Source of the DNA: an uncultured archaeon | Lineage (GTDB): Archaea > Aenigmatarchaeota > Aenigmatarchaeia > QMZP01 > JACQNV01 | Assembly: GCA_964410585.1 (NCBI GenBank) | Contig: CAYPFW010000001.1 | Span: forward strand, 352,001-416,000 | Reading direction: 5' to 3' | Length of the DNA: 64,000 nt | Part shown: piece by piece, positions 49,415 through 59,454 of the stretch | Layout: the number at the start of each line of letters is the position of its first letter | How positions within the stretch are numbered: the stretch's first letter is position 1 | Program-made: the position numbers and the translations under genes | The notes under the pieces: generated by a model | Database searches by the model: none | Told to the model about the DNA's origin: nothing | The model's input: only the letters and a program-made list of their open reading frames with translations

Positions 49415-49774
49415 ATGGGTTTACAAAATCTTTTTAAAGGTAAGGAATTCTCATCTCTAGATGAGGGTCAAGAATATGTAGAAGTAAACGTTGCTGACGG
49501 ACTTTCTACAGGTTCTGCAAGGGAACTTGGAAAAGTTGGCATCGTTGTTGAGAAACTTTCTGAATTTTCAGACACAGAAAGAGTTCTTAAACAGGTCAGA
49601 GAAGGAAATATCATTTTCCTGAAGATCAAAGGCCTAAAGGAAAAAGACATAGGCGAATTGAAGCGAGCAGTTGAAAGATTGAAAAAGACTGTTATGGCTT
49701 CAAACGGAGAAATAATCGGCATCGAGCAAGATTGGCTGATTTTGACTCCTGAACACGCAGCTGTGAACAGATAA
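49415..49774 (+). CDS. sepF: Cell division protein SepF (archaeal)
   Basis: VREGNIIFLKI..ELKRAVERLK..GEIIGI..LILTP. Confidence 0.88.
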   Translation: MGLQNLFKGKEFSSLDEGQEYVEVNVADGLSTGSARELGKVGIVVEKLSEFSDTERVLKQVREGNIIFLKIKGLKEKDIGELKRAVERLKKTVMASNGEIIGIEQDWLILTPEHAAVNR

Positions 49775-49853
49775 CCTTTTTCTCAAAAAAGGTTAATCAA
49801 AAACAGGAGGCTAATTTTTCTGCGCCTGATGGCTTGAAAAATTTACGCCTTCC
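49772..49853 (-). repeat. Family A mini-element (copy A9)
   Basis: Begins at the sepF TAA: TAACCTTTTT..AAAAAGGTTA..GGAGGC..GCCTTCC. Confidence 0.9.
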
Positions 49854-49967
49854 TAAATTCAAATTTCAAAAGAGGGTTTTGTTTTTTCGCCCTTTCTACC
49901 CCTAATTTTAAAAACCTATTCTTTTCCTAGATGTCAGTATTTAAAATTTAGCCTTCTAGTTCTAAAA

Positions 49968-50387
49968 ATGGAATTTGATCCACTTAGAAATTATACAAGA
50001 GAACAAGGATCTAGAATATTGTATGATAGGCTTGGGCATGAAATACCCACAAGAATTGATGGGAGAGATGGATTAGGAGAAGATCAGTGTCTGGAATTTT
50101 ATTTATTCATGATTAAAAGGCTCGTACAGCACAAGGAAATTACAGAAAGAAAAGGAGTGTTTTCTGGTGGAAATTTGGCTGTATTTATCCATCATGTGAG
50201 TGGACATGTAGCTCTTGCTGAAATCGTTAGAAAATATCTGGATAAAGATAAAGCTCAGAGGCTTTGTCGAAAAGAAGATTTGAGAAAACATCTTGTAAAA
50301 TATGCAGGCTATTTGTGGGTTCGCGGCGACAAAAGGGAAGAGTTTGAAAGAGGACTAGATGCTGAATATGAAAATAATGATAGGTAG
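49968..50387 (+). CDS. Hypothetical protein
   Basis: 139 aa ORF with no recognised motif. Confidence 0.65.
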   Translation: MEFDPLRNYTREQGSRILYDRLGHEIPTRIDGRDGLGEDQCLEFYLFMIKRLVQHKEITERKGVFSGGNLAVFIHHVSGHVALAEIVRKYLDKDKAQRLCRKEDLRKHLVKYAGYLWVRGDKREEFERGLDAEYENNDR

Positions 50388-50445
50388 CTTTTCATTTCTT
50401 TTACTCTAAATTTGTTTAAATATAAGCTAATCTACAGTATATACT

Positions 50446-50583
50446 ATGTCTACTGGGTCTACAACAATAAGAATAAGCAAACAAACGAAAGAAAAACTAG
50501 AAGGCCTAGACTTTGTAAGAAAAAACACATTTGATGAAATATTGCTGAAATTAATCGACTTTTATGAAAAGAAGCGAAAGTAG
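50446..50583 (+). CDS. Small ribbon-helix-helix-like protein (not in ORF track)
   Basis: MSTGSTTIRISKQTKEKLEGLDFVRKNTFDEILLKLIDFYEKKRK; overlaps the start of the next gene. Confidence 0.75.
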   Translation: MSTGSTTIRISKQTKEKLEGLDFVRKNTFDEILLKLIDFYEKKRK

Positions 50584-53500
50584 TGCTGCGTTAGCTATAG
50601 TTTTTTTGGCATTAATCATACTCTCTTCAACAAGCTCAAGCCAAGTAAGCGATTGCTATAACAATACAGCCAATCCCATACCTATTTGTACGTGCATAGA
50701 CCTGAACAAAACGAGAAATAATATAACAGCAAGCTACAAACTGCAGAACAATGTGGATTGTTCTGATACAGTTAACTGGAACTCTGGAGCTGGATGGAGT
50801 CCGATAGCAACTTCAGGATCCAGGTTCTCTGGTACGTTTAATGGAAACAACTACAATATATCAGGTTTATACATAAACAGATCTTCAACTGATTATCAAG
50901 GTCTATTCGCTGCAACCACTGCAGGCGCTCAGATCTTAAATTTAGGTCTTGTGAATGTTAGCATTAATGGCAGCATTAGAACCGGTTCAATAGCCGGTGC
51001 ACATTGGGGAGGAACAATAAACAATTCTTTCTCAACTGGCACTGTTTTTGGAAAGTATTTTGTTGGGGGTCTATCGGGCGAAAGCAGTGCAATAATAAAC
51101 AACTCTTTCTCTCATGCAAATGTTAGTGCATCTGGCAACAATCCAGCATATGCAGGTGGATTAGTTGGATATCTTAGCGGGGGCACACTAGATAAATCAT
51201 ATGCCACAGGAACTGTTTCTAGTACTAATAGCCGAGTTGGCGGGCTTGTAGGCGAGCACTATCAAGCAACAATTATAAATTCTTACTCAACTGGTAATGT
51301 TTTTGGGAGCGGCGTAGTTGGTGGATTAGCTGGAATAATGAGTGGATCAACAACATATATTTTATCCTCATATTCGACAAGCAATGTTACTGGAACATCG
51401 TCAAGCGTCGGTGGATTGGTTGGTTTTGTACAATCGAGTGCAGTGATAAATAATAGCTATGCACGGGGAAATGTTTCAAGTACATCTGGTATTGGCGGTC
51501 TTGTAGGATATATGCAGATCAGTTCCACAATCTACAACTCATACGCAACTGGTAAATTATCTGGAAGCAGTACAGTTGGTGGATTGGTTGGAACTGTTTC
51601 CTCAAGTACATGTACAGATAGTTTTTGGGATAATCAAACAACAGGAAAATCAACATCGGCATGCGGCACTGGAAAAACAACTTCGCAAATGAAAAATGTT
51701 TCCACATTCACAGACACATCAAGTCCTGGATTAAGCACAGCTTGGGATTTTGTTAATAATCCAAACAATGATAATCAAAACAGAAATTATTGGGATATAT
51801 CTACTTTAAACGATGGATATCCATTTTTGACTTCCATAGCACCATCAGTTTCAAATCCTCCATCATGTGGCCAAACACTAAATGCTTCAACAACACTTTC
51901 ATCTAACATAGCAGGATCAGGCAATTGCTTCACTATAGGCGCTAATAGTTTAGTAATAAATGGAAATGGAAAATCGATAACAGGCAATGGATCAGGCTCT
52001 GCATTTACAATAGGAAATTTTAGCAATATCACAATAGCTAATGTTACAATAACAAATTTCACATCAGACTTTTCCATATCTAATGGGGATTTAACGGCAA
52101 TAAATTCTTCCTTCAACAGATCAAGGGTTTTATTTACCACCGATGCGACTGGAAACCTAACAACAAAATGGCATGTTGATGTTGTTGTAAGGGAATGGGG
52201 ATATTCCTATTTTGAGGGATCTGGATCTAGCGGAGGCTATTGCGGAGATAGAGTATGTGGCTCAAGTGAAACTCAGTATACATGTCCATATGATTGTTCA
52301 GGTGGAGAGTCAGCCAACTGTGGAAATGGTTTTTGTGGTTTTGGAGAAACACCGTCTAGTTGTCCTGCTGATTGTGGCGGAAATCCTCCAGCTGCTCCTG
52401 GAACATCTGGAATTAATGTGACTGTGTATAATGTAACCGGTAACATACTTTCATATGCTCTCACAAATTCTCAGGGAAGAATACCGTCACTAATATTAAC
52501 AGAATTTTTTCAAAACTCAACAACAAAAATTTTACAAACCCCACACTCAATAAACACATCGAAAGAAGGGACAAAAAAAGATGGAAGAACAGTTAATTTA
52601 ACGGCAACAGGTACAGTATCGCTTGAATTTGTTGCTAAGAAACCATTTAATAATTGTGAGAGTTATAATGGAAATCAAACAACGTGTACTGCTGCAAGTT
52701 GTTCTTGGGAAAACGATACACAATTATGTAGGCCATCTTTCTCCTCTATGGACTGTAGTCAGTTTTGTGGATTATGTACAACACAAGGATCGTGCTCCTC
52801 TAGTTCCAGGAGCTGCATTTGGCAATCTTCTGGATCAGGTTTTTGTAGGGAAAACTTCACTACATTTAGCTATGGGACAGGTGGATCTAGCAATTCAACT
52901 GGGTATTTCAGTTTTGTGCCAACTGATTGTCTGAAAGAACCGCATAAATGTGATTCCCAGTTCGATGTAGAAAAAGGATTTGTTAAATATGAAACAATGT
53001 GTTCAGACTCTGTTGACAATGATAAGGACGGTTCAACAGATTGTTCTGACATAGATTGTTCAAGGTGGCCATCTTGTACAAGTTCATATAATTCATCGGC
53101 AGACACAACACCGCCAAAACTTGCAAATTGTAAAGTTGAAACAGACCTAAATTCAGTTGATATATTCTGTTCAGCTACAGAACCTACAAATGCAACACTA
53201 TCATTCTACGGAACAAACACAACATGTTCTGTCCTAAACACAACATTAACAGAGCCCAATTTAGCTGGCTGTAGTTTAGATGACTATGCATTATGGCACC
53301 AGTTTAGTGTTGATTCATCTAGCGTTTACTCATTGAGCCCAAACACAACCTACTTCTACAAATTATCTGGATATGATCAGGCTGGTTTAGAATATCAAAC
53401 AGCCTGCTTGAACTTTACAACAAAGTCATCTGCACAAACATACAAATTTAGGATTGCATATGATGGTGTCAAAATCAACACTGGCTCTGGATTACAATCA

Positions 53501-54826
53501 TACAATTTTACATCCGGCTCACAAGAGTTTAGCAGAGTAAGAGATGCGCAGATGCAGGTTGGCGGATTTACTTTTGGGAGAGCCAACTTAGTTGGTGGAA
53601 AAAGCTTGAACTTTACAGACCAATTTTTATCTGGTACATCATCTGAACACGGTACAAAGTTTACAGGATTCAATTCTTCTACATGGCTTGAGACAGCACA
53701 AAACTTAGGAATGCGACCTTCTGACAATGTAACAATAATAGTTGAAGGAACAGGAGACAAAATATACAAGTGTGATGATAATGGAGCAAATTGTGTTGAA
53801 ATGACACAATGCATAACATTGGTATCATCTAACTCAACACACAAGACATATTCTGTTGCAGTTGCTGCTGGCTTTTCTACATACTCACTATCAGCTCCTT
53901 CCTCTGGCAACTCGGGGAACTCTGGATCATCTGGTGGAGGAGGCGGATCTGGGTCAATAACAAGCGGCGCAACAGTTAAGAAAGAAAATAAAACTAAAAT
54001 ATATGAATGTATAAGCGATAGCCAGTGTAAGGATGATAGAGTTTGCTATCAAAATCTTTGTGTTAAATTGTTTGATATAAAATTAATTGAAGTCGATTCT
54101 CCCATAGGCGAAAACAATACCCTAAGCTTCAAATATTTCCTAAAAGGAATGGCCAATATAAGTAGTGATGTTTTAATAAATTTCTGGCTAGAAAATGAAA
54201 AAGGTATTATAAGTTCTGGACAGGATACCATATACATCGGCTTTTTCGAAGAAAAAACAGAGCAAACAAAAATCTTTTTACCTAAAAATTTAACAGCGGG
54301 TCAATATGAGTTCTATGTTCAGGTAACATATGAAAATTATCAGGCTAAATCTCACAGAACTGTATATGTAAATCCGGAAGATAAGATTGAAGTCAGAATA
54401 GTTTCAGAAACAATTGAAAAGATAGATGATAGATATTTAATATTGGTTCTTGTTCTTTCGATGTCCCTTCTTTTTGAAGCAGTTTACTTTACCCGAAAGG
54501 CTCTCAGAAGGTTATTAATAAAAATTTTTGCATCATGCTTAGAAAAAACAAGAAGACGATACCACACTGAATCTTTATGGGAATTATCAAGGAGGGCCCA
54601 AACAATAGAAATACTAAACGGTGCTTACAAGTCTGAAAATGTTGAAAAACGAAAGCTAGTGAAAAAACTATTTAAAACAATTTTTGTTGAAAAGATTTTA
54701 GAATCTGGAAAATCAGAAAGACAAGAATTAATTAAAAAAACTTTTAATTTTATTTTCACCAAAAAAGTTTTAGAAAATTTAAAGAAGTTAATAAAATCTT
54801 TTTTTGTTTTATTTCAGTCTTATTGA
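50564..54826 (+). CDS. Large surface protein with GLUG repeats, Cys-rich modules and a C-terminal TM helix
   Basis: Signal peptide; repeated S-Y-A-T-G-x-V..VGGLVG; CGNGFC and DNDKDG..DC modules; many N-x-S/T sites. Confidence 0.88.
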   Translation: MKRSESSAALAIVFLALIILSSTSSSQVSDCYNNTANPIPICTCIDLNKTRNNITASYKLQNNVDCSDTVNWNSGAGWSPIATSGSRFSGTFNGNNYNISGLYINRSSTDYQGLFAATTAGAQILNLGLVNVSINGSIRTGSIAGAHWGGTINNSFSTGTVFGKYFVGGLSGESSAIINNSFSHANVSASGNNPAYAGGLVGYLSGGTLDKSYATGTVSSTNSRVGGLVGEHYQATIINSYSTGNVFGSGVVGGLAGIMSGSTTYILSSYSTSNVTGTSSSVGGLVGFVQSSAVINNSYARGNVSSTSGIGGLVGYMQISSTIYNSYATGKLSGSSTVGGLVGTVSSSTCTDSFWDNQTTGKSTSACGTGKTTSQMKNVSTFTDTSSPGLSTAWDFVNNPNNDNQNRNYWDISTLNDGYPFLTSIAPSVSNPPSCGQTLNASTTLSSNIAGSGNCFTIGANSLVINGNGKSITGNGSGSAFTIGNFSNITIANVTITNFTSDFSISNGDLTAINSSFNRSRVLFTTDATGNLTTKWHVDVVVREWGYSYFEGSGSSGGYCGDRVCGSSETQYTCPYDCSGGESANCGNGFCGFGETPSSCPADCGGNPPAAPGTSGINVTVYNVTGNILSYALTNSQGRIPSLILTEFFQNSTTKILQTPHSINTSKEGTKKDGRTVNLTATGTVSLEFVAKKPFNNCESYNGNQTTCTAASCSWENDTQLCRPSFSSMDCSQFCGLCTTQGSCSSSSRSCIWQSSGSGFCRENFTTFSYGTGGSSNSTGYFSFVPTDCLKEPHKCDSQFDVEKGFVKYETMCSDSVDNDKDGSTDCSDIDCSRWPSCTSSYNSSADTTPPKLANCKVETDLNSVDIFCSATEPTNATLSFYGTNTTCSVLNTTLTEPNLAGCSLDDYALWHQFSVDSSSVYSLSPNTTYFYKLSGYDQAGLEYQTACLNFTTKSSAQTYKFRIAYDGVKINTGSGLQSYNFTSGSQEFSRVRDAQMQVGGFTFGRANLVGGKSLNFTDQFLSGTSSEHGTKFTGFNSSTWLETAQNLGMRPSDNVTIIVEGTGDKIYKCDDNGANCVEMTQCITLVSSNSTHKTYSVAVAAGFSTYSLSAPSSGNSGNSGSSGGGGGSGSITSGATVKKENKTKIYECISDSQCKDDRVCYQNLCVKLFDIKLIEVDSPIGENNTLSFKYFLKGMANISSDVLINFWLENEKGIISSGQDTIYIGFFEEKTEQTKIFLPKNLTAGQYEFYVQVTYENYQAKSHRTVYVNPEDKIEVRIVSETIEKIDDRYLILVLVLSMSLLFEAVYFTRKALRRLLIKIFASCLEKTRRRYHTESLWELSRRAQTIEILNGAYKSENVEKRKLVKKLFKTIFVEKILESGKSERQELIKKTFNFIFTKKVLENLKKLIKSFFVLFQSY

Positions 54827-56692
54827 ATCCAAATTCTTTGGAACTTCTGTTTCAACTCTGAAAATTTTGTGAGCAGCATGCGCCAAATCAACTGACCGAG
54901 CGCGCTCGCCGTGATTGACAATTATTTTTTCTGGCCTACTTGTAAGCCTCCCTATAAACTTCAGAAGCTCATTCCTATCTGCATGTCCTGACAAACCTTC
55001 AATTGTTTTTATTTCCATTTCAATTTTCAAAACTTTTTTCCTGCCTTCTTCGTTTATTGGGACCTCTGCCCAACCTTTTTGTATTTTTCTTCCTAATGTA
55101 CCCTCTGCCTGATAACCGCTGAACAGCAAAGTATTCTTTGGATCGTGTGCTAGGCCTTTTAGATATTCAACAGAAGGCCCACCAATCAACATACCTGATG
55201 TTGCAACTATAACAGCGGGCTCGTTTGAATCGATTATAGAGTCCCTTTGTTTAGGTGAGACATTTTTGAAATATTCAGAAACAAGTGGGTTCTTCCCTTT
55301 GTGGAAAATTTCCCTCTGCAGTCTTTTGGATAAATATTCTGGATAAGCTGTGTGGATTGCTGTTGCATCGTAAATCATACCTTCTAAATATATTGGATAT
55401 GGGAAATTTTCCTGTGATCCTAGAAGCGCCATTATTTCCTGTCCTCTTCCAACAGCAAATGAAGGAACTATAACCTTTCCGCCCCTCTCCATTGTTTTTT
55501 GTATTGAGTTGAGGAGGTCGGCTTCGACATCTCTCCTATGTTGGAAGATGTTTCCTTCGCCTCCATATGTTGATTCTATGACAAGGGTTTCTATTCTTTT
55601 GAAATCAGTATAAGCTGGGTCAAATAGTTGAGTTGGCACGAATTTCAAATCGCCTGTGTACAAAATGTTGTGAAGTCCTCTTCCTATGTGCAAGTGAACA
55701 AGAGAAGAGCCTAAAAGATGACCAGAAGGTTGGAGAGTGACACGGACATCTGGTGTGATATCAGAGACTTCACCATACTCCAAAGTTATTGAATGTTTGA
55801 CTGCCATTTCAACGCCTTTTTTTGAATACCAAAGCTGCTTGCCTGCTTTTTGTGCAACATCAACAAAATCCATGCACAGGAGGACCATTAAATCCCTTGT
55901 AGGTGGTGTGCAGTACAAAGGGCCTTTGTATCCGTTCTCATACAAGTATGGTATAAAGCCCATGTGATCAATGTGAGCATGCGACAAAACAATTGCATCT
56001 ATTTTTTCCAAATCAAAATCAGGAGAATTAACATATGGTACAGTATCTGAACCAACATCAACGCCACAATCCAACATTATTCTTGAATGAGATGTTTCAA
56101 CCATTAAACAACTTCGACCAACATGACTGAACCCTCCCAAAAATGTCAACCTCACCCACTCATCTGGGTTTGTTGTTAAAGCTGGGAGCTCAGAAGAAAT
56201 TTTAGAACCAATTGAATTCAGGAACCTTTTTCTGTAATCTAATTCTGTGTGAAGCAAGGCCCTTACAGCGTTTACGATGTCTGAATTTAAGGCAGGCGCT
56301 CTCTCAATTTTTGGAAGCCAACATGTTTTGTCTTTTATGTCCTTGTAGACTTCTCCACCTTTTCCTATTACTAATCCTGGCTTTAAACATTCTATGAAAA
56401 CCTTTCCTAATTCAGGCTCAAAATAAATTTGTTTTATCCCAGCTTCTTCTGAAACTGTTTTCAGGATATATTCTTTTGTTTTTTCCGGATCCAAAGTTAT
56501 TGATGGATCTGGCCTTACTTCTATTCTTTTCTTCAGAGCTGAAACTATTTCCCTTATTTTGTCCTCGCTTGTCCTGAAAAACTCTTTGTTTTTCGTGTAC
56601 AAAACCAGCTCAGATGCCTCGAATTTTATTTCAGAAATTTCAGCATCCTGCGGTAAGCTTTTTTCTAGTTCCTTCAAAATGTTCATATTCAA
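54809..56692 (-). CDS. Beta-CASP ribonuclease aCPSF1 (FttA)
   Basis: N-terminal KH domains; SHAHIDH, GHLLGS, ESTYG, SGHAD, NHGE. Confidence 0.96.
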   Translation of the reverse strand: MNMNILKELEKSLPQDAEISEIKFEASELVLYTKNKEFFRTSEDKIREIVSALKKRIEVRPDPSITLDPEKTKEYILKTVSEEAGIKQIYFEPELGKVFIECLKPGLVIGKGGEVYKDIKDKTCWLPKIERAPALNSDIVNAVRALLHTELDYRKRFLNSIGSKISSELPALTTNPDEWVRLTFLGGFSHVGRSCLMVETSHSRIMLDCGVDVGSDTVPYVNSPDFDLEKIDAIVLSHAHIDHMGFIPYLYENGYKGPLYCTPPTRDLMVLLCMDFVDVAQKAGKQLWYSKKGVEMAVKHSITLEYGEVSDITPDVRVTLQPSGHLLGSSLVHLHIGRGLHNILYTGDLKFVPTQLFDPAYTDFKRIETLVIESTYGGEGNIFQHRRDVEADLLNSIQKTMERGGKVIVPSFAVGRGQEIMALLGSQENFPYPIYLEGMIYDATAIHTAYPEYLSKRLQREIFHKGKNPLVSEYFKNVSPKQRDSIIDSNEPAVIVATSGMLIGGPSVEYLKGLAHDPKNTLLFSGYQAEGTLGRKIQKGWAEVPINEEGRKKVLKIEMEIKTIEGLSGHADRNELLKFIGRLTSRPEKIIVNHGERARSVDLAHAAHKIFRVETEVPKNLDSIRLK

Positions 56693-56760
56693 GTCCTTTT
56701 ATTTTGTAGAATTATTTGGAAATTATCTGCGAAAATTCAAAATTTAAAAATTTTATAAAA

Positions 56761-57396
56761 TTATTTCTTGCCTAAAAGAGCATCAACTTCAGAGTCAGAT
56801 GAATAATGGACTCCTTTCTTGTCAATAACAACTAAATCAATTCCTCTTCCACCAGAAGCAATGTCTCTTTGTGTTGCTGCGTATACTGCTCTTACAGCAA
56901 GCCTTTTTGCATCTTCAAGAGCCATGTCTTTTTTGTAACCATCTTCTAAAACACCAAAAACCATTGGAGAACCAGAACCTGTTGAGAAATATTCTTTTTC
57001 CTCTACCATTGAACCGTCAAGTGCCAGGCTATATAAGTGTGGCGAGTCATCATATCCACCAACCAAAAGCTGGACTAGGAATGGATAGTATTTTCTACCA
57101 TACAAAATATTTGCAAGCAAGGTAGATGCTGCTTTTACTGGGATTCTTTTTCCTTCCTGAAGTTTGAAAAGTTTGAACTCTGCTTTTAGATGCCTTTCTA
57201 TAACTTGAGTGTCACCAACAGAACCTGCAATTGTCATTGCTATATGTTCATCTAATTGTGCAATTTTTTTGATGTCTTTTGTGGCTATCAAATAGCCCAT
57301 TGTTGCTTTTCTGTCTGCTGCTAGAACAACTGCATCTTTAGCCATTAAACCAAGAGTTGTTGTCCCTGTTTTCAATTTTGTTTGTTCATCTATCAT
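56761..57396 (-). CDS. psmB: Proteasome beta subunit
   Basis: KTGTTTLG, AADRKAT, TGSGS, RDIASG. Confidence 0.97.
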   Translation of the reverse strand: MIDEQTKLKTGTTTLGLMAKDAVVLAADRKATMGYLIATKDIKKIAQLDEHIAMTIAGSVGDTQVIERHLKAEFKLFKLQEGKRIPVKAASTLLANILYGRKYYPFLVQLLVGGYDDSPHLYSLALDGSMVEEKEYFSTGSGSPMVFGVLEDGYKKDMALEDAKRLAVRAVYAATQRDIASGGRGIDLVVIDKKGVHYSSDSEVDALLGKK

Positions 57397-57463
57397 AAGA
57401 ATCAAAACGTTAGAAAACGCTCATTAAGGTTTATAGTATAATTGTATTGGGGGTATTTAAATG

Positions 57464-58000
57464 TTAGTTCCTCTTTGCTGCAGATAGCTTGTCTTCTGCT
57501 CTTCTCCTATCTCCTGTATCGATTGCTATCCTTTTAGATGATTGCGATTGCGGTGAAACAACCAATAAAACACCCTCAACAAGCTCAGCAACTCCTGTTG
57601 GATAAGAAAGAGCCAGGCCTCTTCTCGCCTCAAAAACAGCACCACTATCTGTCACTTCTAATGTTGGTCTATTAAATGGATCAACTAATTGTTCCCTATC
57701 ATTAACTAAATATGAAACTTTTTGTGGAGAAGCTGATACTCTTTCAGGTGCTCCATATGTCCGCAAAAATCCAGGACTTCTTTCTGGGAAATTTGGTCTG
57801 GTTTTTCCATGAACCACAACTCTGTCAACTAAATATTGCTCATTTTCAGAATGTTGATCAATCCTAAGTCTAACAGACCAATCATATTCACCAACAGAAC
57901 CGCTTATTTGAAAAGGCGATTCTAAGTGTCTGACTGAGCCAACTTGAGCTAATTCCTTTTCAATTTCTGCTCTGTATAGGCTTCTGTCTGTTGATCTCAT
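57464..58000 (-). CDS. Hypothetical protein, paralog of 58591-59160
   Basis: Shares WSV..RV.V..GVAELVEG.LL..P with its paralog. Confidence 0.7.
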   Translation of the reverse strand: MRSTDRSLYRAEIEKELAQVGSVRHLESPFQISGSVGEYDWSVRLRIDQHSENEQYLVDRVVVHGKTRPNFPERSPGFLRTYGAPERVSASPQKVSYLVNDREQLVDPFNRPTLEVTDSGAVFEARRGLALSYPTGVAELVEGVLLVVSPQSQSSKRIAIDTGDRRRAEDKLSAAKRN

Positions 58001-58001
58001 A

Positions 58002-58403
58002 CTAATTATATTGTGCAAGTCCACTATTCCAAACAGTGAACTCACCTTCTCCTCTGGATGGATCAAAAACAACAATTCTCCTGCTCACTCTGGTCACAAG
58101 TGTTTTCCATTCTTCTTCTGCTTGGTTTTTAGCTTGCTTGTATATTTCCAGTTCCCTTTCCAGCCTTTGTATTTGTCTTGTATAGTGTCTTATTCCGACT
58201 TGTGCGATTTTGACATCTTTCCTAAGCTCTGGTTTGTAGACAGCTTCTGAATTTACATTTTCCAAAAAATTTGTACATTCCTCAAAATTTCTTCTAACTC
58301 TGTACAGCTCTTTTTCAGTTGATGTGAGCAGACTAAAGGCTATATTAAACTTTTTTTCCGCCTGATTCAACATCTGATCTGCATCAAGTATATAACTTGG
58401 CAT
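58002..58403 (-). CDS. Hypothetical coiled-coil protein
   Basis: 133 aa ORF in a tightly packed operon. Confidence 0.65.
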   Translation of the reverse strand: MPSYILDADQMLNQAEKKFNIAFSLLTSTEKELYRVRRNFEECTNFLENVNSEAVYKPELRKDVKIAQVGIRHYTRQIQRLERELEIYKQAKNQAEEEWKTLVTRVSRRIVVFDPSRGEGEFTVWNSGLAQYN

Positions 58404-58405
58404 AA

Positions 58406-58588
58406 CTATTTCCCCAATTTATTTATATCTGGTCTGTTTGTAGCCCAATCAACAACATACTTGTAAGTAAATTCCCTTCCACCTAACAAATGATCTTCAG
58501 GGGCTCTAACAACATTAAGTCTTGTAAGCCAATCTAACTTTTCTGTTCCACCATATCTTCTCGAATCCCTGTATATACTTTCTCTCAT
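58406..58588 (-). CDS. Small hypothetical protein
   Basis: About 60 aa ORF, 2 nt from each neighbour. Confidence 0.55.
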   Translation of the reverse strand: MRESIYRDSRRYGGTEKLDWLTRLNVVRAPEDHLLGGREFTYKYVVDWATNRPDINKLGK

Positions 58589-58590
58589 AA

Positions 58591-59160
58591 TCAAGCAACT
58601 GCGACCCTCCTGTCTCTACTTCTTCTGCCATACAATTGCGCAGCTCTAGCTATTCCTTCCCTGTAATCATATGGATCGTTTTCTTTTTGTGTTTCAACTT
58701 CTGGTGCAAATGAAAGTAGAAGACCTTCAACAAGCTCAGCCACACCACCCAAATCTTTTACTACAATTGGTTTAGTTGGTTCTAAAACAGCTGCTCCTGG
58801 AACCAGTGTAAGCAAAGGTGTTTTGGCACAGTTTGCAAGATAAACTCTTCTGTTTGCTTCTCTTGTTTGACCAGACATCTCATATGGCACTAAGAAATTT
58901 TCTACTCTTCCTTCTACGTGTGGTTTCAAATCTGGGGCAACCGAATATGCACAGGGTTCCATTACTTCAACTCTTCTGATTGCAAATGTTCCATTTCCAA
59001 GAACTGAATATTGAACAGACCAAGAAAGATCTGCATCAGGGGATTTGTGGTACCTTGCAACGAACCCTCTGGCTGATAATATTCCTCCTCCACATCCTGC
59101 ACTCTCTTTCAAATCCCTCTCTACTTCTCCTCTCCATGGGCTTCTGTCGTCCTTTCGCAT
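58591..59160 (-). CDS. Hypothetical protein, paralog of 57464-58000
   Basis: GAGG SD before MRKDD; motifs shared with the paralog. Confidence 0.7.
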   Translation of the reverse strand: MRKDDRSPWRGEVERDLKESAGCGGGILSARGFVARYHKSPDADLSWSVQYSVLGNGTFAIRRVEVMEPCAYSVAPDLKPHVEGRVENFLVPYEMSGQTREANRRVYLANCAKTPLLTLVPGAAVLEPTKPIVVKDLGGVAELVEGLLLSFAPEVETQKENDPYDYREGIARAAQLYGRRSRDRRVAVA

Positions 59161-59454
59161 ATAGCTTCCTCTATTTCGAACACAATCAACTTCTAAACCC
59201 AGAAAATACATCCACATCGTCCATCAAATTCCAGAAAAAGAAGTTAATTGTGGACGATGTTAAATTGTCAATTTATTGAAGACATAGATATGTCTAGAAA
59301 AATTACATACCTTCAGTATTTGAGGCATTTGTCTGTTTGACATATCTATTCTCTCTACTTTATCATTGTGACAAGCCCTATATAAACCTTATTGTTTAAA
59401 TTATTCAAAAATGAATTTTTTGACATATTTAAGTATGTTTTGACATATTTTTAT

